Shown here: in pieces, positions 23,050-35,606 of the stretch
Position numbering within the stretch: position 1 is the first letter of the stretch
Layout of the letters: every line of letters starts with the position of its first letter
DNA from: Macrostomum lignano
Taxonomy: Eukaryota
Assembly: GCA_002269645.1 (NCBI GenBank)
Contig: NIVC01002677.1
Span: forward strand, 86,133 to 150,132
Length of the DNA: 64,000 bases
Direction of reading: 5' to 3'
Notes under the pieces: model-generated
Database searches by the model: none
What the model was told of the DNA's origin: nothing
Seen by the model: the letters and a program-made list of their open reading frames with translations, nothing else
Translations under genes and position numbers: made by a program

Positions 23050-23672
23050 TCTCTATGCTAGAGAGTGAGAATCTCAGGGTGAGGCACAGTGAGCAGGTGA
23101 CTGAGGTGAGACAGTCAGAATTTCAGGTTAAGACAGTGAGAATCTCACAATAAAATTATGAGAATCTAAAAAATAGACCGTCGGAATATCTAAGCTAGAG
23201 AGTGAGAATCTCAGGGTGAGACATTGAAAATCTCAGGGCGAGGTAGTGAAAATCTCAGGGCGAGGCAGTGAGAATCTCGGTGAGACAAGGAAAATCTCAC
23301 AATGAGATAATCAGAATCTCCAGAGTAGCCAGTTGGGATCTCTAAGCTAAAAGAGTGAGAATCTCAGGGTGAGACATTGAAAATCTCAGGGCGAGGCAGT
23401 GAGAACCTCAGGGTGAGACAAGGAGAATCTCAGGGCGAGGCAGTGAGAACCTCAGGGTGAGACAAGGAGAATCTCAGGGCGAGGCAATGAGAACCTCAGG
23501 GTAAGACAAGGAGAATCTCAGGGTGAGACAAGGAGAATCTCAGGGCAAGGCATGAAGAATCTCAGGGTGAGACACTAAGAATCTCACAAAGAGATAATGA
23601 GAGTCTCCAGAGTCGACAGTTTTAATCTCTAAGCTAGAAGAGTGAGATCTCAGGGTGAGACACTGAGAATCT
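23050..23672. repeat. ~21-bp minisatellite (GAGAATCTCAGGGTGAGACA..)n in MON1 intron 1
   Basis: Degenerate tandem units ending ~20 nt before the acceptor at 23690. Confidence 0.9.
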
Positions 23673-23690
23673 AGCCCCCATCACTCGCAG

Positions 23691-23981
23691 GATCTGGTGT
23701 TCGGCATCCTGCTGAGCGGCACCAAGCTGGTGAGCCTGGTGCACATGAAGCGGCAGTACCTGCACCCGTTAGACATGCATTTGATTATCAATTTGATTAA
23801 CTGCACCGAGTCCTTCAAGACCAGTCAGGCCTGGACTCCGATTTGTCTGCCGAAGTTCGACGCCAGCGGCAACCTGTACGCCTACGTGTGCTTTCTGGAC
23901 GAGGAGCTCTGCTTGGTGCTGCTCACTGTCGACGGCAACAGCTTTGACGCTTTGGCCGAGGCCAAGAATAAAATACTTGAG
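23691..23981 (+). CDS. MON1: MON1 exon 2
   Basis: cgcag|GAT..GAG|gtaggt. DLVFGILL..LHPLDMHLIINLI..SFKTSQAWTPICLPKFDASG; 291 nt, phase 0. Confidence 0.95.
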
Positions 23982-24002
23982 GTAGGTACACTTCGGTTGG
24001 GC

Positions 24003-24598
24003 TTAGTCAATGGGATCTGTGCATTACTTGGGATGTTTTAGTCCATGGGATCAGTGCAATCAGTGGGGAGTTTTAGTCAATGGGGTCTGTACAATCAGTG
24101 GGGAAGTTTTAGTCCATGGGGTCTGTGCAATCAGCGGGGCAGTTTTAGTCAATGGGATCTGTGCTATCTGTGGGGAAGTTTTAGTCAATGGGATCAGTGA
24201 AATCAGCGGGGCAGTTTTAGTCAATGGGATCTGTGCAATCAGTGGGGAAGTTTTAGTCAATGGGATCTGTGCAATCAGTGGGGAAGTTTTAGTCCATGGG
24301 ATCAGTGCAATCAGCGGGGCAGTTTTAGTCAATGGGATCTGTGCAATCAGTGGGGAAGTTTTAGTCAATGGGATCTGTGCAATCAGTGGGGAAGTTTTAG
24401 TCAATGGGATCTGTGCAATCAGTGGGGAAGTTTTAGTCCATGGGATCAGTGCAATCAGCGGGGCAGTTTTAGTCAATGGGATCTGTGCTATCTGTGGGGA
24501 AGTTTTAGTCAATGGGATCTGTGCAATCAGTGGGGAAGTTTTAGTCAATGGGATCTGTGCTATCTGTGGGGATTTTTTTGTCAATGGGATCTGTGCAA
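24003..24598. repeat. 36-bp minisatellite filling MON1 intron 2
   Basis: (GTTTTAGTCAATGGGATCTGTGCAATCAGTGGGGAA)x~16. Confidence 0.95.
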
Positions 24599-24727
24599 GA
24601 CCAATCGGATTAAACTTTGAATTGGAAACTGCTAAATTAGTCGTTAAAGTTTCCAACCTACTAACAGTACTAACAGTAGTGTTTTGGCTTGTCAGTAGCA
24701 AATTTTATTTCACTCCTTCGCACGCAG

Positions 24728-25009
24728 AAGCTGCAGAAGGCCAATTGTCTGGCCCAGATTCGCGAGAGCGCCGTTGCCGGCCAGTGGACCCTGGCGCAGA
24801 CTGGGGCGGAGGAGGTGCGCCATTTCGTGTACAAAATCAAGCTGGCTGGCCAGTACTTCTCGCCGCAGATGGGCGACCCGTTTGGCCAGCCTGAGGACCA
24901 GCAGCGCGTCATGGCGCTTTACCAGCGGATGCACGCCCTGCTGCATCGGCGGACCAGGCCGCTTAAGCTGGTGTATCACACCAACCAGCTGGCATCCGTG
25001 ATGGGCTGG
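24728..25009 (+). CDS. MON1: MON1 exon 3
   Basis: cacgcag|AAG..TGG|gtgagc. VRHFVYK..QY..P..., ALYQRMH, PLKLVY..VMGW; 282 nt. Confidence 0.95.
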
Positions 25010-25044
25010 GTGAGCCTGTTTGACATCTCACTAACAAATAATAC

Positions 25045-25265
25045 ACTTCTGACATCCCGCTGACAGATACCCCTGACATCCTGCTGTCAGATACCCCTGA
25101 CAACCCTTTTACAGGTACTCCTGACATCCCTCTGACATACTCCTGACATCCCTCTGACATACTCCTGACATCCTGCTCACAGATTCCCCTGACATCCCGC
25201 TGACATACCCCTGACAACCCGCTGTCAGATACCCCTGACATCACGCTGACATCCCGCTGACAGAT
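25045..25265. repeat. Degenerate (CTGACATCCC-like) tandem repeat filling MON1 intron 3
   Basis: Recurrent CTGACATCCC / CTGACAGATACCCC units. Confidence 0.75.
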
Positions 25266-25329
25266 TCCCATAGCAGCTGATGGCGGCACTCCGCTAAGCA
25301 CTCAACATCCCATCAATTCTCGTTGCCAG

Positions 25330-25470
25330 ATCACCGAAGAGTTCGAGCTGTACGCAGCCTTCAGCCCGCTGGCCAGCAAGCGGTCGGCCATCCAGTCGGT
25401 GAACCGGGTGCTTAAATGGCTTGGCAGGGAGCGGGACCGTCTCTTCTGCTTGTCATCTCCGTCTTTCTGA
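25330..25470 (+). CDS. MON1: MON1 exon 4 (terminal)
   Basis: ttgccag|ATC. ITEEFELYAAFSPLASKRSAIQSVNRVLKWLGRERDRLFCLSSPSF* matches the MON1 C-terminus. Confidence 0.95.
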   Translation: MTEEFELYAAFSPLASKRSAIQSVNRVLKWLGRERDRLFCLSSPSF

Positions 25471-25974
25471 TCTCATCTGGTCCGATGCCTTGGCTGTACC
25501 GCCGAAATTCAGGGCTAGAAAGAATTTCAGTTATTGCTGCTATTAGTTATTTATGATAGTAAGATCTTTTTTAATTGAGTTTTTAGATGTCTGTGTACCC
25601 TATTTATGTAATTCTGTGTGTGGCGTTGATTTAAAAGGTTATTCTTCTGTTTATTAATGAGAAAAAATGTCAGATATTCCGTTTGTAATTTCCATGCTTT
25701 CAATGGCGTTACGAGCGTAATGGGATAATTTCTTGTGGTGCGGTGCCTCTGATTAAATTATTGGCATTGTAAATATAATTGACATAATTATGCCGAAGTC
25801 ACACCACCACCAATGCTACATTCTGTATGAGGCTGGAATGGGGTGTGACCGTAGACTATTTTATTCCTGAACGAATCAAAAAGATAATAAAAAATTAGGG
25901 GGCACTAAATACTTGAAAATGATTTTTCGCTTGTTGTTTATGGTAATTAACTGAATATTTCCTATTTGCTGGCC

Positions 25975-26310
25975 AAGGGTAGTGAAGTCGGGTGGGGGGG
26001 GGGGGTTTGCCGGGGTAGTAAAGTGGAGGGTAGGAAAGGGGGGTTGGCCGGGCAGTAAAGTGGGGGTTGGCTGGGGTAGAAAGTGGAGAGGGGTTGGCCG
26101 GTGTAGGAAAGGGGGTTGGCCGGGGTAGTAAAGTTGAGAGTAGGAAAGGGGGGTTGGCCTTGGTATGAAAAGGGGGTTGGCCGGGGGATTGGCCGGGGTA
26201 GGAAAGTGGGGGATTGGCCGGGGTAGGAAAATGCGGGGGTTGGCTGGGGTAGGAAAGGGGTGTTATACGGGGTAATAAAGTGGGGGGTTTGGCCGGGGTA
26301 GTAAAAAGTT
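25975..26310. repeat. G-rich ~22-bp minisatellite (GGGGGTTGGCCGGGGTAGGAAA)n
   Basis: Degenerate tandem units. Confidence 0.85.
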
Positions 26311-27424
26311 ATCAAATTCTTTTAAAGCACAATAAAGTTATGCCAAATTGTGTGACAAGGTGCTCTGAAAATTGCCAAGCAGCCATTAGCAACAAAACAC
26401 GATCCAATAAATTTATCTGACAAAATGCTCGCAGCCTATTACGTTTTGCAGTAGTGCCATGAGCATAGTTACATCAAGTGCATTAATTCAATGCTGAGTG
26501 GCTCTGTTGATATCTAGTTATGCATATAATCTTTATAATTCCAAAAAGATATAATGAAATACTCACCTGCATACTCCTCAATATTTGCCAAATAGTGTCA
26601 CTTCAGCTAGTAGTTAACAACCTGACTTAATAACTTGTGTATTTTATTGCAATTTCCACCAAGTTAGTAAAGCAATGGTTACGGTACATATTATATGCAT
26701 AATTCATCTGTTTTGGCGGCCTTTCAACCTGTGATTAAACTGTAATTATGCTTACAGATTTAGTCATTACGAACATGCATGTGTTTACTTAGTTTTTGTT
26801 TTCGTAATGACTTCTGTTAGTTATACAATTGTGCTTTTTCTTCTATAAAAATCTTCCTCTCAACATGGATATACAGACTACAGTCAGTGTACAGGGATTG
26901 CTAAAATTGTGCCTTAGTTTAATATAATTTCGATACATATCGGTAGCTAGCAAATTATTGAAAAATTCAGAAAAATTTAGCAGGTTAAATTAAACCAATC
27001 TATCTAATGATTTATAATCTTGGATTTTACACAGGTAAAGTTTCTTTTAAGCAATTCCTAGCTCGGATGGCCTGTGCTACTACTGATTTAATAAGTAGTA
27101 GAGCTACTTGTGTTATCTTTTTTCCTATCATAATTATACCTAACCTTGTCAGGCCTGGTCTATTTCTAGTTCCCAGAGTGCTTACCGAAAAATTCCCATA
27201 CTCTATCTGGATTATTAAATCAGTTGTGCTGGCTCCCGTGAGCGCATGTAAGATTCCAACACTTATCTGACAATAAATGACAACTGAATGCCAATTTGAT
27301 TCATTTTCGGAAAGTTGCGTGTTTAGCACAGGAAGAATGCAAATATAAAAAAATTTTAGTAGTGTATCTTGGTTTACCTGTTCTTTGGGCTGATTGTGGG
27401 GTTTTACTGGAAATTTTTGGGAAA

Positions 27425-28050
27425 AGTGGGGGTTTGGGTCAGGTTGGGAAAGTTTGGGGGGTTGGCCAGGGTATGAAAGTGGTGGGTTTACCAGGGTAAG
27501 AAAGTGTGGGGGTTGGCCGGAGTAAAAAAGTGTGGGGGTTCGGCCGGGATAAGAAAAGGTGGGGGGTCGGCCGGGGTAATAAAATGAGGGGGGTCGGCTG
27601 GGGTAATAAAATGGGGGGTTGGCCGGGGTAATAAAATGGGGGGTCGGCCGGGGTAAGAAAATGAGGGGGTCGGCCGGGATAATAAAATGGGGAGTTGGCC
27701 GGGGTAATAAAATGGGGGGTTTGGGTCAGGTTGGGAAAGTTTGGGGGTTGGCCAGGGTATGAAAGTGGTGGGTTGGCCGGGGTAAAAAAGTGTGGGGGTT
27801 CGGCCGGGGTAAGAAAATGTGGGGGTCGGCCGAGGTAATAAAATGGGGGGTCGGCCGGGGTAAGAAAATGAGGGGGGGGTCGGCCGGGGTAATAAAATGG
27901 GGGGTTGGCCGGGGTAAGAAAATGGGGGGTCGGCCGGGGTAAGAAAATGTGGGGGTCGGCCGAGGTAATAAAATGAGGGGGGTCGGCCGGGGTAATAAAA
28001 TGGGAGTTGGCCTGGGTAAGAAAGTGAATTGGTGGTTGGTCGGGGTAAGA
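27425..28050. repeat. G-rich ~23-bp minisatellite (GGGGGTCGGCCGGGGTAATAAAAT)n with ~290-bp higher-order duplication
   Basis: Same core as the 25975 array; the block starting GGGTTTGGGTCAGGTTGGGAAAG occurs at ~27429 and ~27717. Confidence 0.9.
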
Positions 28051-28942
28051 AATGGGATTTGCGGAGAAAAAATAATGCTCTTATCAGATGGATTAAGTAT
28101 GAGTATCATAATTCTCGGCCACACCATGTGAGATTTATGCTCATTTCTTCATTCCCGAATTTTATGCAACCCACAAGTGAGTTAAAGCAGCTAGACGAGT
28201 TCCTAAGCAGCTGGGTCGCGTATGACTCTGGGCCATTCTCAATCATGCACAGTTCAATTTATCATGTCAGTGTAGTTAGTAGTCATGCAATTTTTTGTTC
28301 CTTGTTAAAATTCCACGCATCGCTGGAAAAGGCTCGTTTAATTGGCAAAATAGAGAGAGAAAGAGACCGCCGAGTGGGAAGGGAAAACAAGATGAAGGCC
28401 AGTTATGTTGAGAGGCCTCAAAATGCTCCTAGCTATACCGCGGTTGTTCGTGCGCATCCATATTGATGACATAGACAAGCAGCTATGGGAATTACTATGA
28501 AATTTTGGGGCTGAGCTCCCCCCGCCTGTCAGAGGGGAGTTGCGTGACTTGCTGGCTCAGATTTTTGACCGTTTTCTTCACTAAGAGTAGATTTCGGAAA
28601 AGCCTCCATTGCTCTCTGAATTGGCGATTCTCCTGCTTCGCGTGTCGCCCCGGTCCCGTGCTTCGCTCTTACCTGTCATCTGCCGCTGTGACGTGCGATC
28701 CTTCGAATCTTGACTCAGCGAAAGCAGGGCATCAGTTCTCGTAATTGTGTTCCTGCATTGCTTGTCTTGCGGTTGTACGAGCGTAAAATGACAAACAATG
28801 CGTTATTAGCAATCTCGGGTGCGCGATCATCACTGCCTGGTCTGAAGCTCACAAAAAAGTACTTCGATCGTTTTCCTCAGAAGAGTATACGAAACTTTGA
28901 ACTAACTTGTTTTAGTGTGTAGTCGCTGCCTTACATCTTTAG

Positions 28943-29170
28943 GTAAGCACTGCGTCATCCTTCAGTAATCACTGCGTCATCCTTCAGTAATCACTGCATC
29001 ATCCTCAAGTAAGCACTGCGCCATCCTTCAGTAATCACTGCATCATTCTCAAGTAAGCACTGCGTCATCCTTCAGTAATCACTGCATCATCCTCAAGTAA
29101 GCACTGCGTCATCCTTCAGTAAGAATTGAGTCATCCTTCAGTAAGCACTGCGTCATCATCCAGTAAGCAA
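28943..29170. repeat. 22-bp minisatellite (GTAAGCACTGCGTCATCCTTCA)x~10
   Basis: Visible tandem units. Confidence 0.9.
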
Positions 29171-30462
29171 TGCATCATCCTTCAGTTAAGCGCCTCAAGT
29201 AAGCGTCTGTAAGCGCGTCAGTAAGTTTTAGTCAGTTCTATTCGAGTATGCACTTCGTCATGCTTAATTATGTCAAGAATACAGGTAAGAAATGTACTTC
29301 AACACGATATTATCGCTGAAGACGTTTCGCCCCAGGGGTTTATCCACAGCCACAGTACCTGTAACTGACGGCTCGGCGCATTTTTGTCTTCAATATCGAG
29401 CGGAAAATTATCTTATTACAGCCTATAGCTGTTGGGGGGGGGTCTACAAGACAACACTTTCACTTGATCCTCCTCCTCCTCCTTGGTGTGGCCGCATCTG
29501 TGAGCTGAGGCGGCTGGCTGGGTCTTGGCTGATCCGCATACCAGCAGCATCAATACCTCATCTCTCCCGTGTCTGTTTCTGCTTTGCTTTGCCTCTCTAA
29601 TTAAGCATCAGCCGCCGGGGTCTGCTATACCTTATCCCTTGGCTCTGGGCATGCCGTGTTTACTTTGCAGTAAATCTCTGTTCCTTTTCTCATTCCCTAT
29701 ATGAGGATTATAGAGAATTCCGCTGGCTCCTAAATCTTCGCATTTCAACTTGATCGGCACGGCTAATACGCATGCCCCATCTGCGGGGATTAGCTTTTAT
29801 TGCACTCAATGCTGTGCAATTCCAGCAGTACCTAATTACTCTTTCGTAATAAAAACTGTTTGTCTAATGCTAGATCCCGAATGAGAACTGGATCCCGGTC
29901 TTTCGGGTGTCGAATTCCGCTGCTTGAGAGGGCAGCTGGTCACACCCACAAGCTGGGCACTCTGCTTCAAGTCGCGTTCATTAGCGAACCTCTCAAAAGT
30001 ACTTCGATTGGGGATCGGGCTAAATGAAAACGAAAATCCTTGAGGATCCGAACGGATTATCTTATTCGATTTTCAAGTTGCCGCGCAAATGTCAAGACTG
30101 CACCGGCAGAGGCAGATAAACAACGAGGAAGTGACTTGCGGACACCCGACTGACTGACTGGCTTTGGACTGCTTCAGCTTGACAGGGGCCGTCACAGCGG
30201 ATTTGCCGATGCACACTCGAGTGTTGCGTCGAAGGCTTAGGCGAGTAATTATGAATACACAATTCTGAAGACTGCGGCGGCTGCAGGGGATGACTTGGTA
30301 TGAGGTTGCGCCTGTGGTTGATTTCCGGTCAGCATCCATCATCACCAACGCTATGCATGCAACGGTGGAAATTTTTCTGCTGTTTGTGAATTTTTTCTTA
30401 GAGCAGAATATTTTTCCACCAGCTGTCCAAGCTTCAATGTAGAAAAGTTTCCTTTATCCCAT

Positions 30463-30658
30463 GAAGGCCAACCCCCGAGGCACAGAGGGTGCAAATGCCT
30501 GACGACTAGAAAGTCAGGGCCGCTGTACACCCTGTGTGAGCTGTGCATGAGTCCTCAGCGACATGGCCCCACAGCCAGCGCTGGCGGCAATTTCCGCCCA
30601 TTCCGTTGACTCCTGAGTACATGCAAGCGCGTCAATACTGTGCGCAGGCACCACTCAG
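30463..30658. mobile_element. SINE family A body with its 3' half inverted
   Basis: 30463-30550 is colinear with the 49167 and 5036 copies; 30551-30658 matches the reverse complement of the 5082-5150 and 49246-49310 segments. Confidence 0.7.
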
Positions 30659-33600
30659 TCTGTAAACTGTCACTAGCACAGTCTGTAAACTGTTCGCTAG
30701 CACAGTCTGTAAACTGTCACTAGCACAGTCTGTAAACTGTCACTAGCACAGTCTGTAAACTGTCGCTAGCACAGTCTGTAAACTGTCACTAGCACAGTCT
30801 GTAAACTGTCACTAGCACAGTCTGTAAACTGTCACTAGCACAGTCTGAAAAAACTGTCACTAGCACAGTCTGTAAACTGTCACTAGCACAGTCTGTAAAC
30901 TGTCACTAGCACAGTCTGTAAACTGTCGCTAGCACAGTCTGTAAACTGTCACTAGCACAGTCTGTAAACTGTCACTAGCACAGTCTGTAAACTGTCACTA
31001 GCACAGTCTGTAAACTGTTGCTAGCATAGTCTGTCACTAGCACAGTCTGTAAACTGTCACTAATGCAGTCTGTAAACTGTCACTAGCACAGTCTGTAAAC
31101 TGTTGCTAGCATAGTCTGTCACTAGCACAGTCTGTAAACTGTCACTAGCACAGTCTGTAAACTGTTGCTAGCATAGTCTGTCACTAGCACAGTCTGTAAA
31201 CTGTCACTAGCACAATCTGTACACTGTCGCTAGCACAGTCTGTAAACTGTCGCTAGCACAGTCTGTAAACTGTTGCTAGCATAGTCTGTCACTAGCACAG
31301 TCTGTAAACTGTCACTAGCACAGTCTGTAAACTGTTGCTAGCATAGTCTGTCACTAGCACAGTCTGTAAACTGTCACTAGCACAGTCTGTAAACTGTTCG
31401 CTAGCACAGTCTGTAAACTGTCACTAGCACAATCTGTCACTAGCACAGTCTGTAAACTGTCGCTAGCACAGTCTGTAAACTGTTGCTAGCATAGTCTGTC
31501 ACTAGCACAGTCTGGAAACTGTCACTAGCACAGTCTGTAAACTGTTCGCTAGCACAGTCTGTAAACTGTCGCTAGCACAATCTGTCACTAGCACAGTCTG
31601 TAAACTGTTGCTAGCATAGTCTGTCACTAGCACAGTCTGTAAACTGTCACTAGCACAGTCTGTAAACTGTCACTAGCACAGTCTGTAAACTGTTGCTAGC
31701 ATAGTCTGTCACTAGCACAGTCTGTAAACTGTCACTAATGCAGTCTGTAAACTGTCACTAGCACAGTCTGTAAACTGTTGCTAGCATAGTCTGTCACTAG
31801 CACAGTCTGTAAACTGTCACTAGCACAGTCTGTAAACTTTTGCTAGCATAGTCTGTCACTAGCACAGTCTGTAAACTGTCACTAGCACAATCTGTACACT
31901 GTCGCTAGCACAGTCTGTAAACTGTCGCTAGCACAGTCTGTAAACTGTCACTAGCACAGTCTGTAAACTGTTGCTAGCATAGTCTGTCACTAGCACAGTC
32001 TGTAAACTGTCACTAGCACAGTCTGTAAACTTTTGCTAGCATAGTCTGTCACTAGCACAGTCTGTAAACTGTCACTAGCACAATCTGTACACTGTCGCTA
32101 GCACAGTCTGTAAACTGTCGCTAGCACAGTCTGTAAACTGTCGCTAGCACAGTCTGTAAACTGTCACTAGCACAGTCTGTAAACTGTTGCTAGCATAGTC
32201 TGTCACTAGCACAGTCTGTAAACTGTCACTAGCACAGTCTGTAAACTGTTCGCTAGCACAGTCTGTAAACTGTCACTAGCACAATCTGTCACTAGCACAG
32301 TCTGTAAACTGTCGCTAGCACAGTCTGTAAACTGTCACTAGCACAATCTGTCACTAGCACAGTCTGTAAACTGTCGCTAGCACAATCTGTCACTAGCACA
32401 GTCTGTAAACTGTAGCTAGCACAATCTGTCACTAGCACAGTCTGTAAACTGTCGCTAGCACAATCTGTCACTAGCACAGTCTGTAAACTGTTCGCTAGCA
32501 CAGTCTGTAAACTGTCACTAGCACAATCTGTCACTAGCACAGTCTGTAAACTGTCGCTAGCACAGTCTGTAAACTGTCACTAGCACAATCTGTCTCTAGC
32601 ACAGTCTGTAAACTGTCACTAGCACAGTCTGCAAACTGTTGCTAGCATAGTCTGTCACTAGCACAGTCTGTAAACTGTCACTAATGCAGTCTGTAAACTG
32701 TCACTAGCACAGTCTGTAAACTGTCACTAGCACAGTCTGTAAACTGTTGCTAGCATAGTCTGTCACTAGCACAGTCTGTAAACTGTCACTAATGCAGTCT
32801 GTAAACTGTCACTAGCACAGTCTGTAAACTGTTGCTAGCATAGTCTGTCACTAGCACAGTCTGTAAACGGTCACTAGCACAGTCTGTAAACTGTTGCTAG
32901 CATAGTCTGTCACTAGCACAGTCTGTAAACTGTTGCTAGCATAGTTTGTCACTAGCACAGTCTGTAAACTGTCACTAGCACAGTCTGTAAACTGTTCGCT
33001 AGCACAGTCTGTAAACTGTCACTAGCACAGTCTGTAAACTGTTCGCTAGCACAGTCTGTAAACTGTCACTAGCACAATCTGTCACTAGCACAGTCTGTAA
33101 ACTGTCGCTAGCACAGTCTGTAAACTGTCACTAGCACAGTCTGTAAACTGTTGCTAGCATAGTCTGTCACTAGCACAGTCTGTAAACTGTCACTAGCACA
33201 GTCTGTAAACTGTTCGCTAGCACAGTCTGTAAACTGTCGCTAGCACAATCTGTCACTAGCACAGTCTGTAAACTGTTGCTAGCATAGTCTGTCACTAGCA
33301 CAGTCTGTAAACTGTCACTAGCACAGTCTGTAAACTGTCACTAGCACAGTCTGTAAACTGTTGCTAGCATAGTCTGTCACTAGCACAGTCTGTAAACTGT
33401 CACTAGCACAGTCTGTAAACTGTTGCTAGCATAGTCTGTCACTAGCACAGTCTGTAAACTGTCACTAGCACAATCTGTACACTGTCGCTAGCACAGTCTG
33501 TAAACTGTCGCTAGCACAGTCTGTAAACTGTCACTAGCACAGTCTGTAAACTGTTGCTAGCATAGTCTGTCACTAGCACAGTCTGTAAACTGTTCGCTAG

Positions 33601-33995
33601 CACAGTCTGTAAACTGTCACTAGCACAATCTGTCACTAGCACAGTCTCTAAACTGTCGCTAGCACAATCTGTCACTAGCACAGTCTGTAAACTGTCGCTA
33701 GCACAATCTGTCACTAGCACAGTCTGTAAACTGTCGCTAGCACAGTCTGTAAACTGTCACTAGCACAATCTGTCACTAGCACAGTCTGTAAACTGTCGCT
33801 AGCACAATCTGTCACTAGCACAGTCTGTAAACTGTCGCTAGCACAATCTGTCACTAGCACAGTCTGTAAACTGTCGCTAGCACAATCTGTCACTAGCACA
33901 GTCTGTAAACTGGCACTGGCACAGTCTGTGTCATTAGAGCAGTCTGTGTCATTAGCGTAGTCTGTAAACTGTAATTAGCGCAGTCTTTAAACTGT
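30656..33995 (+). repeat. 23-bp satellite (CTGTAAACTGTCACTAGCACAGT)n, left arm, ~3.3 kb
   Basis: Long tandem array with 39-bp higher-order variants (..CTGTTGCTAGCATAGTCTGTCAC..). Confidence 0.97.
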
Positions 33996-34461
33996 TTTCA
34001 TTGCAGTGCTACTAAAATGAAAGCTTTTAATACTCGTAAGCCAAAAATGGCCGAAAATTCATTCTACTAAGGTATTGAATACGCGTACTTCAACAGTATC
34101 CGGCATATTTATGCTCAGCATAAATAAATTCCAAGCATTCTTAGAAAGGAATTAATTTTTCTAATTGGAATTTTTCAATTTTCTGAAGAGATTAGACAGC
34201 AGTGAAGGAGCGACTATATATAAGACTACAGTTAAATGCTATGCTAACTATATGGAAAATAATTGAAAGCTACTCAAAACTGAGCTCTTTGAGTGCGGCT
34301 CTCCAGCTGGGAGTCGTCAGCGTCAAAATAGCGGAGGCAAAGCTCAGCTGTCAGTGTTGGCTTTGAGTCTTCTATTGTTGGCTGTGGACTGCGGTGTGCT
34401 CACGATTTCTGAGAAATCTATCATCATATGCAGGGAAATCATTTCCTTTGGGATTGTTTTG

Positions 34462-35606
34462 GACTGCGCTAGTGACAGATTGTGCTAGCGACAGTTTACA
34501 GACTGCATTAGTGACAGTTTACAGACTGCGCTAGTGACAGTTTACAGACTGTGCTAAGTGACAGATTGTGCTAGCGACAGTTTACAGACTGTGCTAGTGA
34601 CAGATTGTGCTAGCGACAGTTTACAGACTGCATTAGTGATAGTTTACAGACTGTGCTAGTGACAGATTGTGCTAGCGACAGTTTACAGACTGCATTAGTG
34701 ACAGTTTACAGACTGCGCTAGTGACAGTTTACAGACTGTGCTAAGTGACAGATTGTGCTAGCGACAGTTTACAGACTGTGCTAGTGACAGATTGTGCTAG
34801 CGACAGTTTACAGACTGCATTAGTGATAGTTTACAGACTGTGCTAGTGACAGATTGTGCTAGCGACAGTTTACAGACTGCATTAGTGATAGTTTACAGAC
34901 TGTGCTAGTGACAGTTTACAGACTGCATTAGTGACAGTTTACAGACTGTGCTAGCGACAGTTTACAGACTGCATTAGTGACAGTTTACAGACTGCATTAG
35001 TGATAGTTTACAGACTGTGCTAGTGACAGTTTACAGACTGCATTAGTGATAGTTTACAGACTGTGCTAGTGACAGTTTACAGACTGCATTAGTGACAGTT
35101 TACAGACTGCATTAGTGACAGTTTACACACTGTGCTAGTGACAGTTTACAGACTGTGCTAGCGACAGTTTACAGACTGCATTAGTGACAGTTTACAGACT
35201 GTGCTAGTGACAGTTTACAGACTGCATTAGTGATAGTTTACAGACTGTGCTAGTGACAGTTTACAGACTGCATTAGTGACAGTTTACAGACTGCATTAGT
35301 GACAGTTTACACACTGTGCTAGTGACAGTTTACAGACTGTGCTAGCGACAGTTTACAGACTGCATTAGTGACAGTTTACAGACTGCGCTAGCGACAGTTT
35401 ACAGACTGCATTAGTGACAGTTTACAGACTGTGCTAGCGACAGTTTAGAGACTGCATTAGCGACAGTTTACAGACTGCATTAGTGACAGTTTACAGACTG
35501 CGCTAGGGACAGTTTACAGACTGCATTCGTGACAGATTACAGACTGTGCTAGTGACAGTTTACAGACTGTGCTAGTGACAGCTTACAGACTGCGCTAGCG
35601 ACAGTT
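34462..35606 (-). repeat. Same 23-bp satellite in inverted orientation, right arm, ~1.15 kb
   Basis: (GTGCTAGTGACAGTTTACAGACT)n is the reverse complement of the left-arm unit. Confidence 0.97.

Noticed and set aside
27027-27329. ORF with LHALTGASTT, resembling the HALTGCDTT motif of XPG/FEN1-like transposon proteins; also a possible 81-nt exon
   Set aside because: The catalytic CD and downstream GKGK are absent, the rest is unrecognisable, and no partner exons could be linked in frame.
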